From the NCBI GenBank assembly GCA_964549265.1, contig CAZJWE010000002.1, positions 1,040 through 65,039 of the forward strand: a stretch of DNA of 64,000 nt, in the 5' to 3' direction. Source of the stretch: an uncultured Bacteroidales bacterium (GTDB lineage Bacteria > Bacteroidota > Bacteroidia > Bacteroidales > JBBRXJ01). The translations under genes were made by a program, and so were the position numbers. Below, piece by piece: positions 1-10,233 of this stretch. The notes under the pieces are model-generated. The model had not been told where the DNA came from. It was given only the letters and a program-made list of their open reading frames with translations, and did not search any database. Positions within the stretch are counted from its first letter, which is position 1; the number at the start of each line of letters is the position of its first letter.

Positions 1-2
1 AA

Positions 3-3000
3 CCCAATATTTTAATCATTGGAACACACACCAACCTTTTTTGGTTTTTTGACCTTGCTAAACGAAAGTTTGTCGAAAAGCAGGAAATAACATTTATTCT
101 TAATAAAACAAATGGTTCTGTAAAAACATATTGCATGCATAAAGATGAAACAGGTAATTTATGGATTGGAACACCCAATACACTGAATATATACAATCCA
201 AAAAAGCCTGAACTTCTGTATTCAACAAAAGCTTTTAAGAATGGCTCACTCGCTAATGAACCTTACAGGGATCAAGCCTATACAATATTTGAAGACAGAG
301 ACAACATTATATGGGTTTCATTTATGACCATGGGCATTGAGAAATATGTTCCGAAAAAATCTGTTTTTTTCAGATATAAAACAACGATTAAAAAACCAGG
401 TAAACAGCGTGATTATATAAAAAAAATCATTGAAACCAATCATTTACTTTATATAGCTACTTATGGAGATGGATTACTGATAACAGATAAAGACGGCAAA
501 TTGATTAAAAGAGTTAATTTGGCATACTATACAAAATCAGAAATGTCCAATGCGACTAGGGACATCTCTTTTGATAAAAAGGGCAGACTTTGGATTGCTA
601 CAGATAATGGACTGCATTACTACAATCCATTAACAGATCGTATTGAACAATCATTCTTTATGTCTTCAAACGATGATAACATTTTACCCAAACACTTAAT
701 TACCAAATTAGTGAAAGAAAACGATAGCACCATCTGGGTGTTATCTGATGCATGGTTTAAAAAATTAAACCCGTTACAATTAACATTTCATGAAACCGAA
801 TTAACCCGAATTGCCAAATCCGACAATCCAATTATATTATGGTACCAGGACAGGGATGGAAACTATTGGATAAGATATCCGAAAAGCATTCTTTTTTATA
901 ATCCTGCAAAAGATACAACAATACATTATACTCCAAAAACATTCCCTCCTATTGTTGTTGCTTCTTCTATGTGCATGTTGCATGCACGTTCCGGAAATTA
1001 TTGGTTTGGGACATCAAATGCACTGTATATGTATGATAAAGAAAACAATATTTTCAAGCATTTTTCCGGGAATGATAAATTTAAATCAAATTTTGTATTG
1101 GATATAGAAGAAGACAGCAAGGGGAGAATCTGGATCCTCACAGATAAGGGGCTTACAATTTATGCTCCAGAAAAAAATGAATTCATACAATATGGAAAAC
1201 AAAATGGATTATCTGAACGAGCCGATTACATTAATCACGGCAAAAACAATTTCTTTTTTATTACTGACGAAAGCAGCTTCTATCATTTTCATCCGGATAG
1301 CATAAAGATGGAAAGCTTACAGGCTCCGCTTTTGTTAAATCAATTTTCTGTTTCAGGAAAACCAGTCGAAATATCGTCAACTCCCCTTTCCGGGGTTAGT
1401 ATACAATATAAAAAACAGATTGAATTGCCGTATTCCAAAAATTCAATTGGCTTTAAATTTAGTTTACTGGACTATTCATCCCCTAAAAATCACACCTATT
1501 CTTACAGGTTGTTGGGAAGTGATTCATCCTGGATTTACATTGGAAATAACAATTCAGTGAATTTCACAGGCTTATCACCTGGCAGATACAATCTTGAGAT
1601 AAAAGGGAAGGCCATGAATAAAACGGGGGAAAGCATGTCACCCAAATTATCCATTGTCATCCGTCCACCATTCTGGACAAGCATATGGGGATATAGTTTA
1701 TATGGCTTTTTAGGTTTGCTGGCATTCCTGATTTACAGGTTTCTTACTATAAAAAAGATGAAAAATGAACATGCCTTATTAATGGAAAAAATAAACATCG
1801 AAAAAGCCCGGGAACTCGATCAATTAAAACTCAATTTTTTCTTTAACATATCACATGAAATTCGTACTCCTCTCACACTTATTTCAGGCCCGTTATCACA
1901 ATTAACAAAACAAAAAATAAATGCCGAAGGAACCCAATCATTAAATCTAATACAAAGAAATGTCTCGCGCCTGAAAGAAATAGTAAACCAACTCCTTGAT
2001 ATTGGAAAACTTGAGATGGGAAAATACAAACCGGCAATCATTAAAGGAAATCCCCGCGATTTATTTGTTGAAATCATACATTCATTTGAACCGTTTTGCC
2101 AAAAAATGGATTTAACCTTTCACTATAAACTGGATGAATTCACTTCTGATTGTTGGTATAGTCCTGATGCCTGTGAAAAAATCATTTCCAACCTGCTTAG
2201 CAACGCTATTAAGCATACCGGTAGAGGAGGCCAAATTGAATTTGGCTGTACCCTGCTGGAGTCTATTCCTAAAGATGATACTACGGATGCTATGATGAAT
2301 ATTGTAAATAATCAGTATGTAAGCAATAGCAGGTATTTATTCCTTGAGGTATCTGATACCGGAGAAGGCATTGACGCATCAGAACTATCAGCTATATTTA
2401 ACCGTTTTCATCAATCCATAAAAAAGGGAACTAAACCTTCTTTTGGATCGGGATTAGGATTATCGCTTACAAAAGACCTTGTTAAACAAATGGGTGGGAG
2501 GTTATACATTCAAAGTGCACTTAAAAAAGGTACAAAAATAAAGGTGTATTTGCCATTGGACAGAAATGCCTTTCCAAAAAACTATATCGAAAAAAAGAGG
2601 ATGGATCATCATCATGAAATGAATAAAGAACATGTAAACATGTTGGCCAATACCAACGATTTAATATTCGAAGAAGATACATCCGGTACCAATAAAAAAA
2701 GGCGAATGAATATTTTATTGGTTGATGATAATGAAGACCTGTTAATGTTTTTGAAGGGATTAATAAAAAAACATTATCATGTGATAATGGCAAAAAACGG
2801 GAACGAAGCCATTCATAAGATCCGGAACACAAGTGTTGATATGGTTATTTCCGATATCATGATGCCCGAGATGGATGGGTTAGAGTTATGTAAAACCATA
2901 AAAAGTGATGTATCCACAAGCCATATCCCAATTATCCTGCTCACTGCAAAAAGTTCAGAAGAAGATGAGATTAAAGGATTGAAAATCGGTGTTGAAGATT

Positions 3001-3458
3001 ATATTTCTAAACCTTTTAGTCCGGAAGCATTGCTTCTTAGAGTGTCAAATATCATAGAAAGCCGCAAAAAGATACAGGAAAAAATTGACTATGGTCTGGA
3101 GTTAATTCCTGTGGAAGACAAATTGACGGATTATGATAATTACCTGTTGAATAAAATATTAGAGACGATCCGTGAAAACATATCCGATTCTGATTTAGGC
3201 CCCGAAAAAATTTGCAATGCCGTTGGAATAAGCCAGTCACATTTATACCGTAAGGTCAATGCATTGGCCAATCAATCTGTCAAAGAACTTATCAGAAACA
3301 TAAGATTAAATAAAGCATCCGAAATCCTCAGGGAAGGCAAAAATGTTAGTATTAACAATTTAGCTTATTCGCTTGGTTTCAGTACACCCGGATATTTCAT
3401 AAAGATGTTCAGGAAGAAATTTGGGGTGACGCCTAAGGCATATAATAACAAGCCTTAA
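3..3458 (+). CDS. hybrid two-component sensor histidine kinase/response regulator with AraC-type HTH (HTCS); 5' end cut by window edge
   Basis: Frame is open from nt 3 to the listed ATG at 135, so the gene starts upstream of the window. Propeller-like repeats (NLWIGT, RLWIAT, RIWILT). One TM segment (FWTSIWGYSLYGFLGLLAFLIY). H-box FNISHEIRTPLTLI. ATPase boxes LSNAIKHT, DTGEGI, GSGLGLS. Receiver LLVDDNEDLL...ISDIMMPEMDG. C-terminal AraC HTH LAYSLGFSTPGYFIKMFRKKFGVTP. Confidence 0.9.
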   Translation, partial: PNILIIGTHTNLFWFFDLAKRKFVEKQEITFILNKTNGSVKTYCMHKDETGNLWIGTPNTLNIYNPKKPELLYSTKAFKNGSLANEPYRDQAYTIFEDRDNIIWVSFMTMGIEKYVPKKSVFFRYKTTIKKPGKQRDYIKKIIETNHLLYIATYGDGLLITDKDGKLIKRVNLAYYTKSEMSNATRDISFDKKGRLWIATDNGLHYYNPLTDRIEQSFFMSSNDDNILPKHLITKLVKENDSTIWVLSDAWFKKLNPLQLTFHETELTRIAKSDNPIILWYQDRDGNYWIRYPKSILFYNPAKDTTIHYTPKTFPPIVVASSMCMLHARSGNYWFGTSNALYMYDKENNIFKHFSGNDKFKSNFVLDIEEDSKGRIWILTDKGLTIYAPEKNEFIQYGKQNGLSERADYINHGKNNFFFITDESSFYHFHPDSIKMESLQAPLLLNQFSVSGKPVEISSTPLSGVSIQYKKQIELPYSKNSIGFKFSLLDYSSPKNHTYSYRLLGSDSSWIYIGNNNSVNFTGLSPGRYNLEIKGKAMNKTGESMSPKLSIVIRPPFWTSIWGYSLYGFLGLLAFLIYRFLTIKKMKNEHALLMEKINIEKARELDQLKLNFFFNISHEIRTPLTLISGPLSQLTKQKINAEGTQSLNLIQRNVSRLKEIVNQLLDIGKLEMGKYKPAIIKGNPRDLFVEIIHSFEPFCQKMDLTFHYKLDEFTSDCWYSPDACEKIISNLLSNAIKHTGRGGQIEFGCTLLESIPKDDTTDAMMNIVNNQYVSNSRYLFLEVSDTGEGIDASELSAIFNRFHQSIKKGTKPSFGSGLGLSLTKDLVKQMGGRLYIQSALKKGTKIKVYLPLDRNAFPKNYIEKKRMDHHHEMNKEHVNMLANTNDLIFEEDTSGTNKKRRMNILLVDDNEDLLMFLKGLIKKHYHVIMAKNGNEAIHKIRNTSVDMVISDIMMPEMDGLELCKTIKSDVSTSHIPIILLTAKSSEEDEIKGLKIGVEDYISKPFSPEALLLRVSNIIESRKKIQEKIDYGLELIPVEDKLTDYDNYLLNKILETIRENISDSDLGPEKICNAVGISQSHLYRKVNALANQSVKELIRNIRLNKASEILREGKNVSINNLAYSLGFSTPGYFIKMFRKKFGVTPKAYNNKP

Positions 3459-3465
3459 CAAAAAA

Positions 3466-3496
3466 AGCCCCAATCCTTAATGATGAGATTGGGGCT
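3466..3496. terminator. hairpin terminator between convergent genes
   Basis: agccccaatc (3466-3475) pairs perfectly with gattggggct (3487-3496). An A-run lies before it and ttt after, between the HTCS stop and the minus-strand ORF end. Confidence 0.6.
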
Positions 3497-3553
3497 TTAA
3501 ATTAATAGTTTACTAAACTAAAACTAAGCTCAAATATTATCAGTATGAAATGA

Positions 3554-3871
3554 CTATTCCTTTATAAAAATCTTTTTCACTATTCCTTGTTCTATATTGC
3601 ATGTAATTACATACATACCTGGCATAAGGTCAGAAACATCTATCTGCTGAATGTTATTATTTTGTATTTCAATGAGTGTGTTTCCGGTTAAATCACTTAC
3701 TTTAATACTTGAGATCCCTTCTATTCCGGAAATTTTTAATATTTTTTTAATAACTTTGTATAACGTAATAAGGTTCAAATTCGAGGCGTGTAAGAAACCT
3801 AAACCTGAGAATACTGGAGTATTTGAAGATTTAGATTTTGGATAACTATTTATAAAAACTATGTTACACAT
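3554..3871 (-). pseudogene. orphan T9SS type-A C-terminal sorting domain fragment (no passenger domain)
   Basis: C-terminal ~55 aa (IKVSDLTGNTLIEIQNNNIQQIDVSDLMPGMYVITCNIEQGIVKKIFIKE) matches the Por secretion tail pattern. The ORF is only 105 aa and its 5' end overlaps the next gene. Confidence 0.4.
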
Positions 3872-4427
3872 TCGGTTTCGTTATGCATCGCGGCCTAAAA
3901 AAAAATTTCCCGAAGAAAACAAGGCTTTCGGAGGGATGCTGGGCGGACATATTTACATTCAAATCAATGAAACATTATATGGTTTCCAACCTGCTGACTA
4001 TAACCAGTATCATTTTTTCCCGCACAAACCTTATAATGCTGTTTACACCAAACAACACATAAAGGATTGGTGGGTTTCAGAACAACACAACAAGCTATTA
4101 ACCATTGATATTCCTATTTCTTCTCAGCACCTCCACAGGTTAAGAGAGCTTCTTGAGCAATATCATCAGAGTGCACCATATGATTATGCTGTATTAGGTA
4201 TGAGGTGTGCTTCTTCCACGCATCATGTTCTCTCCAAAACAGATATTTTTTGTCCATCATCTATGATGAAAAGCTGTATATTGAATCCTATTCCCCGGTG
4301 TTTGCGGCGAAAACTGGTGAAAAAGGCTGTACATAATCATTGGAACATGAAGATTCATCAAGGAAGCTCTAAAAGAATATGGGAACAATCATTTAAAATG
4401 ACAAAACTATATATGAAACACCCGTGA
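3861..4427 (+). CDS. hypothetical protein (His-then-Cys order, GGHIYIQ ... MRCASS, faintly like permuted papain-fold enzymes)
   Basis: Intact 188-aa ORF. No confident family recognised. Confidence 0.45.
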   Translation: MLHIRFRYASRPKKKFPEENKAFGGMLGGHIYIQINETLYGFQPADYNQYHFFPHKPYNAVYTKQHIKDWWVSEQHNKLLTIDIPISSQHLHRLRELLEQYHQSAPYDYAVLGMRCASSTHHVLSKTDIFCPSSMMKSCILNPIPRCLRRKLVKKAVHNHWNMKIHQGSSKRIWEQSFKMTKLYMKHP

Positions 4428-4559
4428 TAAACAAGTTTAACACACACGAACATGATTATTTTATCATGATAAGTTCCATCTGACCATTAAAAATTAAAAA
4501 ATAAACAGTTGAAATATCCATGATTTTTTTACATAGAGCAGAATATTATATATAAAGCA

Positions 4560-5081
4560 ATGCTATTCGCTGTTTTATTCGCCTTAATCATCGCTCTTCT
4601 TCTTTTCAGTTGTGAAGATGACCAACAACATGCTTCTTCATCAAAAAAAGATCTAATGGGGGAAATAATAAGTCATTCTGATTGTAAGACATTTAAAGCA
4701 GATTCTTCCGGAGATACCATATCCGATTCAATGAGTTGTGTAAAGTATACATTTATTAGTTCAACCAATACATTAAATTTAAAACACATTAACGCCGGAT
4801 TCAATTGTTGTCCTGACAGCTTATACTGCACCATTTCTTTAAGTGGAGATACCATTATTATTGAAGAACATGAATTGCATGCATTATGCAATTGTAATTG
4901 TCTGTTTGACTTAGACATAGAATTAAACAACTGCAATGCGAAGGGATATACAATTAAAGTAATAGAGCCCTATTCTCATGGCCAGAAACCATTGTGTTTT
5001 ACTATTGATTTAAGCACTGAACCGTCCGGGAGTCATTGTGTAAAGCGGTCAGAATATCCGTGGGGAATGTATAGAAAATAA
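4560..5081 (+). CDS. Cys-rich lipoprotein, unknown function
   Basis: Lipobox-like signal (ALLLFSCEDD). Multiple Cys pairs (NCCP, CNCNC). Confidence 0.55.
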   Translation: MLFAVLFALIIALLLFSCEDDQQHASSSKKDLMGEIISHSDCKTFKADSSGDTISDSMSCVKYTFISSTNTLNLKHINAGFNCCPDSLYCTISLSGDTIIIEEHELHALCNCNCLFDLDIELNNCNAKGYTIKVIEPYSHGQKPLCFTIDLSTEPSGSHCVKRSEYPWGMYRK

Positions 5082-5132
5082 CCTATTTCATGTCTTTTGC
5101 TCTTTTGATAATAATATGGTTAAAGAAATTCG

Positions 5133-6341
5133 TCAGAAACTCACTCTCAATCCGGCTGCATATATATACAATTCCGGACCGTTTCCTTTTTCAAACAGGC
5201 TCACGGGATAATAATTTATATATATTCCTAATTTTTCATACCCAATTCGTGTTGTAACTCCATAGCGGAGGGGCAGTAAATTAAAATCACCGTGGTCTTT
5301 GTCTTTGTCCTGATTTCCATCGTCGCGATGAACGATCTTTGTGTGTGACCCCAATTTTAGGGCACCAATGACACCTACCTGAAAATAGGCTTTTTGTGGA
5401 TCAGGAAATTGCACTTCCAATAATAGTGGTGCGGTAAGGTACAAAGTTGTTAGTTTTGATTTTTCGATGTTTGGAGGTGCGGTGGTATCAAGAGCAATAT
5501 CTCCATGATCGTTCACTGTTATGGTTGTCAGATTTTCAAACCTGAAATTCATCCATTCCAGTCCTATACCGGTCACCAAGCCAAATTGTCTGCCAATAAT
5601 ACCAATACTCAGGCTCGGAAAATTAAGGTTGAAATTTATTGATTTTCCGGTATGTATATCAAAGTAATTGGCATCATCCGGTACACCAAATGTATGATCT
5701 TTATTTAAAAACCCGTTCATTCCTAATTCAAAGCCTCCCCAGTTGCCTTTGAATTTCTTCTCATTTTTTTCATCTTCTTCAATATTTTTTCCTCTGTGGA
5801 TATCTACATGGGTACTTCCTTTTTTATCTTCTATAACGTTAATTTGTAAATCACCAATTCTTACTTTTGTGGAATCTTTCAAAGTACCTGTTGTATCGTT
5901 CATATCCAGTGCAGACGAATCTGGTTTTCTTTCTTTCATATTCATACTTGCAGTAATCCCACTCATCTGTTCATCAATTCGTTTCTCTAATTTTTTCATT
6001 GATATATTCATCATGGCATCTACATTTTCTTTGGTAATATTTGCAGACCGGCTTTTTACAGAATCGTAGATAACACTGCCGGAAGATTGGATTTTTAACC
6101 CATTTTCGCTATCAATAACCTTAAAAAAAGTTTTCTCATTTATTTTGATCTCCACACCACTTTCCTGCTCTTGTACCTGAAAAAGGCTTTTGTCCCCCAT
6201 TTTTAACTGCACCCCATCATCCGTTTCTATGACTTCAAATAAATTATATATTGAAGTATCTGTAAGGCTGGTATCATTTTGTTGACTCACGACCATTTGA
6301 AAAGTATAAAAGCTTGCTAAGATTATGATTATTGTTTTCAT
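5133..6341 (-). CDS. secreted/outer-membrane protein with C-terminal beta-barrel-like half
   Basis: Signal peptide MKTIIIILASFYTFQMVVSQ. The C-terminal half has alternating hydrophobic strands ending ...YAAGLRVSF (terminal Phe). Confidence 0.55.
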   Translation of the reverse strand: MKTIIIILASFYTFQMVVSQQNDTSLTDTSIYNLFEVIETDDGVQLKMGDKSLFQVQEQESGVEIKINEKTFFKVIDSENGLKIQSSGSVIYDSVKSRSANITKENVDAMMNISMKKLEKRIDEQMSGITASMNMKERKPDSSALDMNDTTGTLKDSTKVRIGDLQINVIEDKKGSTHVDIHRGKNIEEDEKNEKKFKGNWGGFELGMNGFLNKDHTFGVPDDANYFDIHTGKSINFNLNFPSLSIGIIGRQFGLVTGIGLEWMNFRFENLTTITVNDHGDIALDTTAPPNIEKSKLTTLYLTAPLLLEVQFPDPQKAYFQVGVIGALKLGSHTKIVHRDDGNQDKDKDHGDFNLLPLRYGVTTRIGYEKLGIYINYYPVSLFEKGNGPELYIYAAGLRVSF

Positions 6342-6570
6342 CTGTTTATTTTTGATTATATAATTGCAGCCCTTTGTATAAGGCTGACCAAAAAGTTCAT
6401 CATTTAAGAAATGTCACTAAAATAAAAAAACTCCAAATCCTACAAAAAAAGATAATTAAACAATTATATTTTGAGGATCTTTGTGCTTTAGTAATTTTGT
6501 AGCGAAAAATTAACTTTCTGTACAGCCTCAGCTGCTTTGAGATTAATGTTTAAAGGTAGGATAGCAAAAA

Positions 6571-6783
6571 TTAGTCCAATGTAATATCTTTACATAGCTC
6601 CTCTAACATTTCGCAAGGTTTAACATTAATGGCCAGGGCAATTTTATACATTCCCTCCACACTTAACCGGGTTGATGTGCTATTGCATAGCTGTCCGATG
6701 CGCTGACGCCCCAGTTTTGTTTTTCTTCCAATCTCTGCTTTATTTACTGATCTTTGTGCAAGGTACAATCCTAATCTGGTCAT
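6571..6783 (-). CDS. small XRE/Cro-like HTH protein
   Basis: 70 aa. The segment KAEIGRKTKLGRQRIGQLCN resembles a helix-turn-helix. Confidence 0.5.
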   Translation of the reverse strand: MTRLGLYLAQRSVNKAEIGRKTKLGRQRIGQLCNSTSTRLSVEGMYKIALAINVKPCEMLEELCKDITLD

Positions 6784-6874
6784 TTTGGTATATTTTTCTT
6801 GCTACAAAGTTAGAGTTTTAACACGGATGTTAATTTTTTCAGAGATATATTGCAGCATTTAGCAAAAAATTGGA

Positions 6875-6882
6875 TACATTTG
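6875..6882 (+). promoter_or_regulatory. Bacteroidota -7 box (TAnnTTTG): TACATTTG
   Basis: Matches the published Bacteroidetes sigma-A -7 consensus. Lies 73 nt upstream of the ATG at 6955. Confidence 0.35.
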
Positions 6883-6954
6883 TAATAATATTTATGACAA
6901 TTGACAATAATATTTTGCTCATTTTAATTTAATCATGTAATATCCCCGTTAATC

Positions 6955-7344
6955 ATGAATTATAAAGGGATTTTTAATCATTGCAAAATACTCATTGCAG
7001 AAGACAATTCTTCTTGCCGGATGCTCATCAAAGAATTATTGGAAATAACCGGTGCTGAATTGATATTTGTAGATAATGGTTATAAAGCCATTCACTTATG
7101 CATTAAAAATCCGGCGATTAATATTGTGATAATGGACATAATCATGCCGGGGATGAATGGCCTGATTGCAGCAAAACATATAAAGAAATACAGGAAAAAT
7201 ATCCCGGTCATTGCTCTGAGTGCAGCAGTGTATAATCAAAACATTGATAACAGTTATGAAACAGTCTGTGATGCATTTTTAGAAAAACCAATCACCAAAC
7301 AACAACTTATAGATGTTTTAATAGATTGTCTTGTTTCAAATTAG
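6955..7344 (+). CDS. stand-alone response-regulator receiver (CheY-like)
   Basis: KILIAEDNSSCRMLIKELLE ... NIVIMDIIMPGMNG ... IPVIALSA. No output domain. Confidence 0.8.
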   Translation: MNYKGIFNHCKILIAEDNSSCRMLIKELLEITGAELIFVDNGYKAIHLCIKNPAINIVIMDIIMPGMNGLIAAKHIKKYRKNIPVIALSAAVYNQNIDNSYETVCDAFLEKPITKQQLIDVLIDCLVSN

Positions 7345-7411
7345 GTGGTTGTCTTTTAAGGTAACTACTTTCCCAAAGTTCAATTTTATTATGCAGTTAA
7401 GATAAATGAGT

Positions 7412-7870
7412 TTATATCTCTTTAACAATTGTTTTCACATTCCCCATGCACACATAATTAAAATGAAACCGGCATTTGAGGAAGTATGTTGATTTTATTT
7501 TTTTGGAACAAACCATTTCAACCTCTCCAATAATCTCTTTTGATACATCAATGGGGTTTTTATATTTCACGAATTGCTCTGTAATAAATGTTTTACTATT
7601 CTGGAATTCCATCACTCCCTGAAACATTCCATCATTTTTCAAAAAGTTAAAAATACCTATGTGGGCATAATAGACATATAGCAATTGGTTCAGGCATATT
7701 TGCAGTTCTACAGCTGTAAAATGTCGGGCTGTAATGAATGTGCTGTAAAAATTATTGAATATCTGAAATTTCCCAACCCCTTTATTCCCCGATAATTCAA
7801 ATGATTTTAAATAGCGTACAGCTTCATTATAAGGCTGTAAAAATGTATCTATCAATTCATTTGTGTTCAT
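7412..7870 (-). CDS. hypothetical protein (possibly hot-dog/FcoT-like thioesterase fold)
   Basis: Intact 152-aa ORF. HFTAVELQICLNQLLYVYY is weakly reminiscent of hot-dog fold helices. The function call is low confidence. Confidence 0.4.
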   Translation of the reverse strand: MNTNELIDTFLQPYNEAVRYLKSFELSGNKGVGKFQIFNNFYSTFITARHFTAVELQICLNQLLYVYYAHIGIFNFLKNDGMFQGVMEFQNSKTFITEQFVKYKNPIDVSKEIIGEVEMVCSKKIKSTYFLKCRFHFNYVCMGNVKTIVKEI

Positions 7871-7918
7871 GACTGTGTATCATCTATTTATTTACAAAAA
7901 TAGTGATATTTTTTGATA

Positions 7919-8035
7919 TGGAGTCCAAACGTTCCCAAAGTCAAACAACTTCATTATACAAAAGAAATATTTTTTATGTAAATGAGCCATTTTGGTGCAA
8001 GCGAAACCAAGTTAGCAGACATGATGGAACAAACA
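7919..8035. repeat. R2 intergenic repeat, compact copy A
   Basis: ggagtccaaacgttcccaaagtcaaacaacttcattat ... ttttggtgcaagcgaaaccaagttagcagacatgatggaacaaac. Both halves recur at 36716-36952 and the right half at 45171-45227. Confidence 0.7.
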
Positions 8036-9079
8036 CTATTTAAATCCATTTTTTTGCGGAGTATATCCATATTGGTCTAACAATTGATAAATTTTGACCA
8101 TTTTGTCTGTTTCCTGTACCAGGTCTTCAAAAAACTGAAGGTATAATGTGGTATTGTCCTGCATATTTTCTAACAGATAATGAACCACGTCATATTCTGA
8201 GTTTAAGTTTTTGTTTAAGCTTACAATTCCTTCTTCTAAATGCATGTTTGAATGGATATGTGGGGCTAAAATAGTGGTCCCGGAGAAGTTACGGATAATC
8301 TCTGCCGGGTCACTGCTTACAATCATGCTCCAGTTTTTGGCTTTTGCATTGTGAATATTTTTAATGTTGTCGAAGTATTGAGGGAGCCATGTACAAGAAT
8401 GATAATGAACAGGCCCTGTTTCTTTGGTGATACGGTTGATATAATCCACTGAAAACTCTCGATGCATCTCGGGAGACACCATGGAGTTGGTATCGTCTGC
8501 TATATAAAAGCCAGGAGGCTGACTCCAAATTTGCGGGAAACATGAAGGGTTATACTGGTCACCCATTACATTTTGTAATGCTTTAATATACAATATAGTA
8601 AATTCGGTTATTTTGTTTAATAATTCATGTACTTCTTGCGGATTGGTTAATAATGAAGTATAAAATGTATCTCCCCACATTAACTCTGCTACACCCAATG
8701 GTGACTGAATATCGGGGAACCTGATATGAATCTGGGGATCATTTATTAACATGGACTTAATCAAATCAAGTATTTCACCTGTTCTTCCTTTATCAACAGC
8801 AGGGATTTTGATTTGTTTTATATCTTCCGGCTCATGTATGCAAGGTGAAACCCATTCTTTCCCTTCGGATGTGAATTTTTTTTGGCAGCCCATAGCCAAA
8901 GGGATGGTATGTGTCAGCCCATAAAACGGTTCGGGGTTTACCGGAACATTCGGGGTCCAATCCCATTGATTCACTTTTAATTTTTCAGAAATTCCCTGGT
9001 CTGCACCTCCCGTATAAATGCAGAACTTTTGATCAGGTTGCTCATACAAATCATTCAAAAATTTTCCCATGGTATTCAT
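8036..9079 (-). CDS. uroporphyrinogen-decarboxylase (URO-D)-like family protein
   Basis: 347 aa. IADDTNSMVSPEMHREFSVDYINRI...VHYHSC resembles the URO-D/MtaA-type TIM-barrel core. The family call was not verified. Confidence 0.45.
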   Translation of the reverse strand: MNTMGKFLNDLYEQPDQKFCIYTGGADQGISEKLKVNQWDWTPNVPVNPEPFYGLTHTIPLAMGCQKKFTSEGKEWVSPCIHEPEDIKQIKIPAVDKGRTGEILDLIKSMLINDPQIHIRFPDIQSPLGVAELMWGDTFYTSLLTNPQEVHELLNKITEFTILYIKALQNVMGDQYNPSCFPQIWSQPPGFYIADDTNSMVSPEMHREFSVDYINRITKETGPVHYHSCTWLPQYFDNIKNIHNAKAKNWSMIVSSDPAEIIRNFSGTTILAPHIHSNMHLEEGIVSLNKNLNSEYDVVHYLLENMQDNTTLYLQFFEDLVQETDKMVKIYQLLDQYGYTPQKNGFK

Positions 9080-9209
9080 TGTATTGATAATTTTTTATAT
9101 CTTTACATTTCGGTCATTGATTTATTAATCAAATATTCCACAAATATATGCATTTATTTAAAATATACCTTCATTATTTAGACAAGAAATAGCATAATAA
9201 CGACATTAC

Positions 9210-10115
9210 ATGGTTTATCAAACAAAATTAAAAAATATTGTCTCAGATAATTCATTTCCTTTCAGGATTGATTATGGAATATTGAATGAGGATTATGAAG
9301 CACATTCGCATGACTTTCATGAGTTGTTTATTATAACAAAGGGCACTGCAATCCATACGGTCAATAATAACAAACAACAAATTACTGCCGGAGATGTTTT
9401 TGTATTTAACAATTCTACAATTCAACATAGTTTTACAGATACCGGGCAATTGGAATTGTATAATTTCATTTTTAGCCCGGAATACTTTTTTGATCAACAA
9501 GATGACCTGTTCCAAATGGAAGGGTATCAATCTTTATTTGTATTGGACCCATTTTTTTCATCTAAAAAAGGATATGAGAATTTTGTGCACCTTCCTTACC
9601 AAGAATTAATGGAAATGATGATGATTTCGGAAACCATCCTGAATGAATTCAAGGTGAAACCATCAGGGTATAAAACCATCATCAAATCCAAATTTTTAGA
9701 GCTTGTTGTGAAATTATCAAGATCATATTTTTGCCATGTCCCCAATAAGAAAACACCTCATTTCCAGGGCATAAGCAAAGCAATCACGTACATAGAAAAA
9801 AATTATACTAAACCGATCTATAATGAAGACCTGGCGAACATGGCCTCTCTGTCTACAAGGCAATTTTTAAGAATCTTTAAAGAATGCTATCAATCCTCAC
9901 CTGTCAATTACATCATTCAACTCAGGCTGAAGCATGCGTGCAATCTTTTGAAAACTATAGACTTAAGTTTAAAAGACATTGCTTATGACTGTGGATTTAG
10001 TGATGCAAATTACTTTTCAAGGCTTTTTTCTACTCACATCGGGGAAAGCCCCAGTGAATACAGAAAAAAATATCTTTGCAGAAGCAATGGTGGGAGGCAA
10101 TGGGGTTTGGTTTAA
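9210..10115 (+). CDS. AraC family transcriptional regulator (cupin N-terminus plus HTH)
   Basis: C-terminal dual HTH: LANMASLSTRQFLRIFKECYQSSPVNYIIQLRLKHACNLL ... IAYDCGFSDANYFSRLFSTHIGESPSEYR. Confidence 0.85.
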   Translation: MVYQTKLKNIVSDNSFPFRIDYGILNEDYEAHSHDFHELFIITKGTAIHTVNNNKQQITAGDVFVFNNSTIQHSFTDTGQLELYNFIFSPEYFFDQQDDLFQMEGYQSLFVLDPFFSSKKGYENFVHLPYQELMEMMMISETILNEFKVKPSGYKTIIKSKFLELVVKLSRSYFCHVPNKKTPHFQGISKAITYIEKNYTKPIYNEDLANMASLSTRQFLRIFKECYQSSPVNYIIQLRLKHACNLLKTIDLSLKDIAYDCGFSDANYFSRLFSTHIGESPSEYRKKYLCRSNGGRQWGLV

Positions 10116-10233
10116 TAGTTTATTATTTATATAAAATGAATATCCAAATTTATTAACCTCTGCGAAATCTCATGGAATACAGATACATGTAGATATTTGT
10201 GTTGTTGACTTTCGTGGTAAAAATATACATTAA

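Noticed and set aside
1820-3240. Short minus-strand ORFs inside the HTCS gene (1820-2077, 2521-2832, 3052-3240), plus similar antisense or overlapping ORFs inside polA, mnmG, priA, pfkA and the alpha-2-macroglobulin gene
   Set aside because: All lie within strongly supported long genes on the opposite strand or in another frame and have no recognisable motifs. They are typical AT-rich-genome artefacts.
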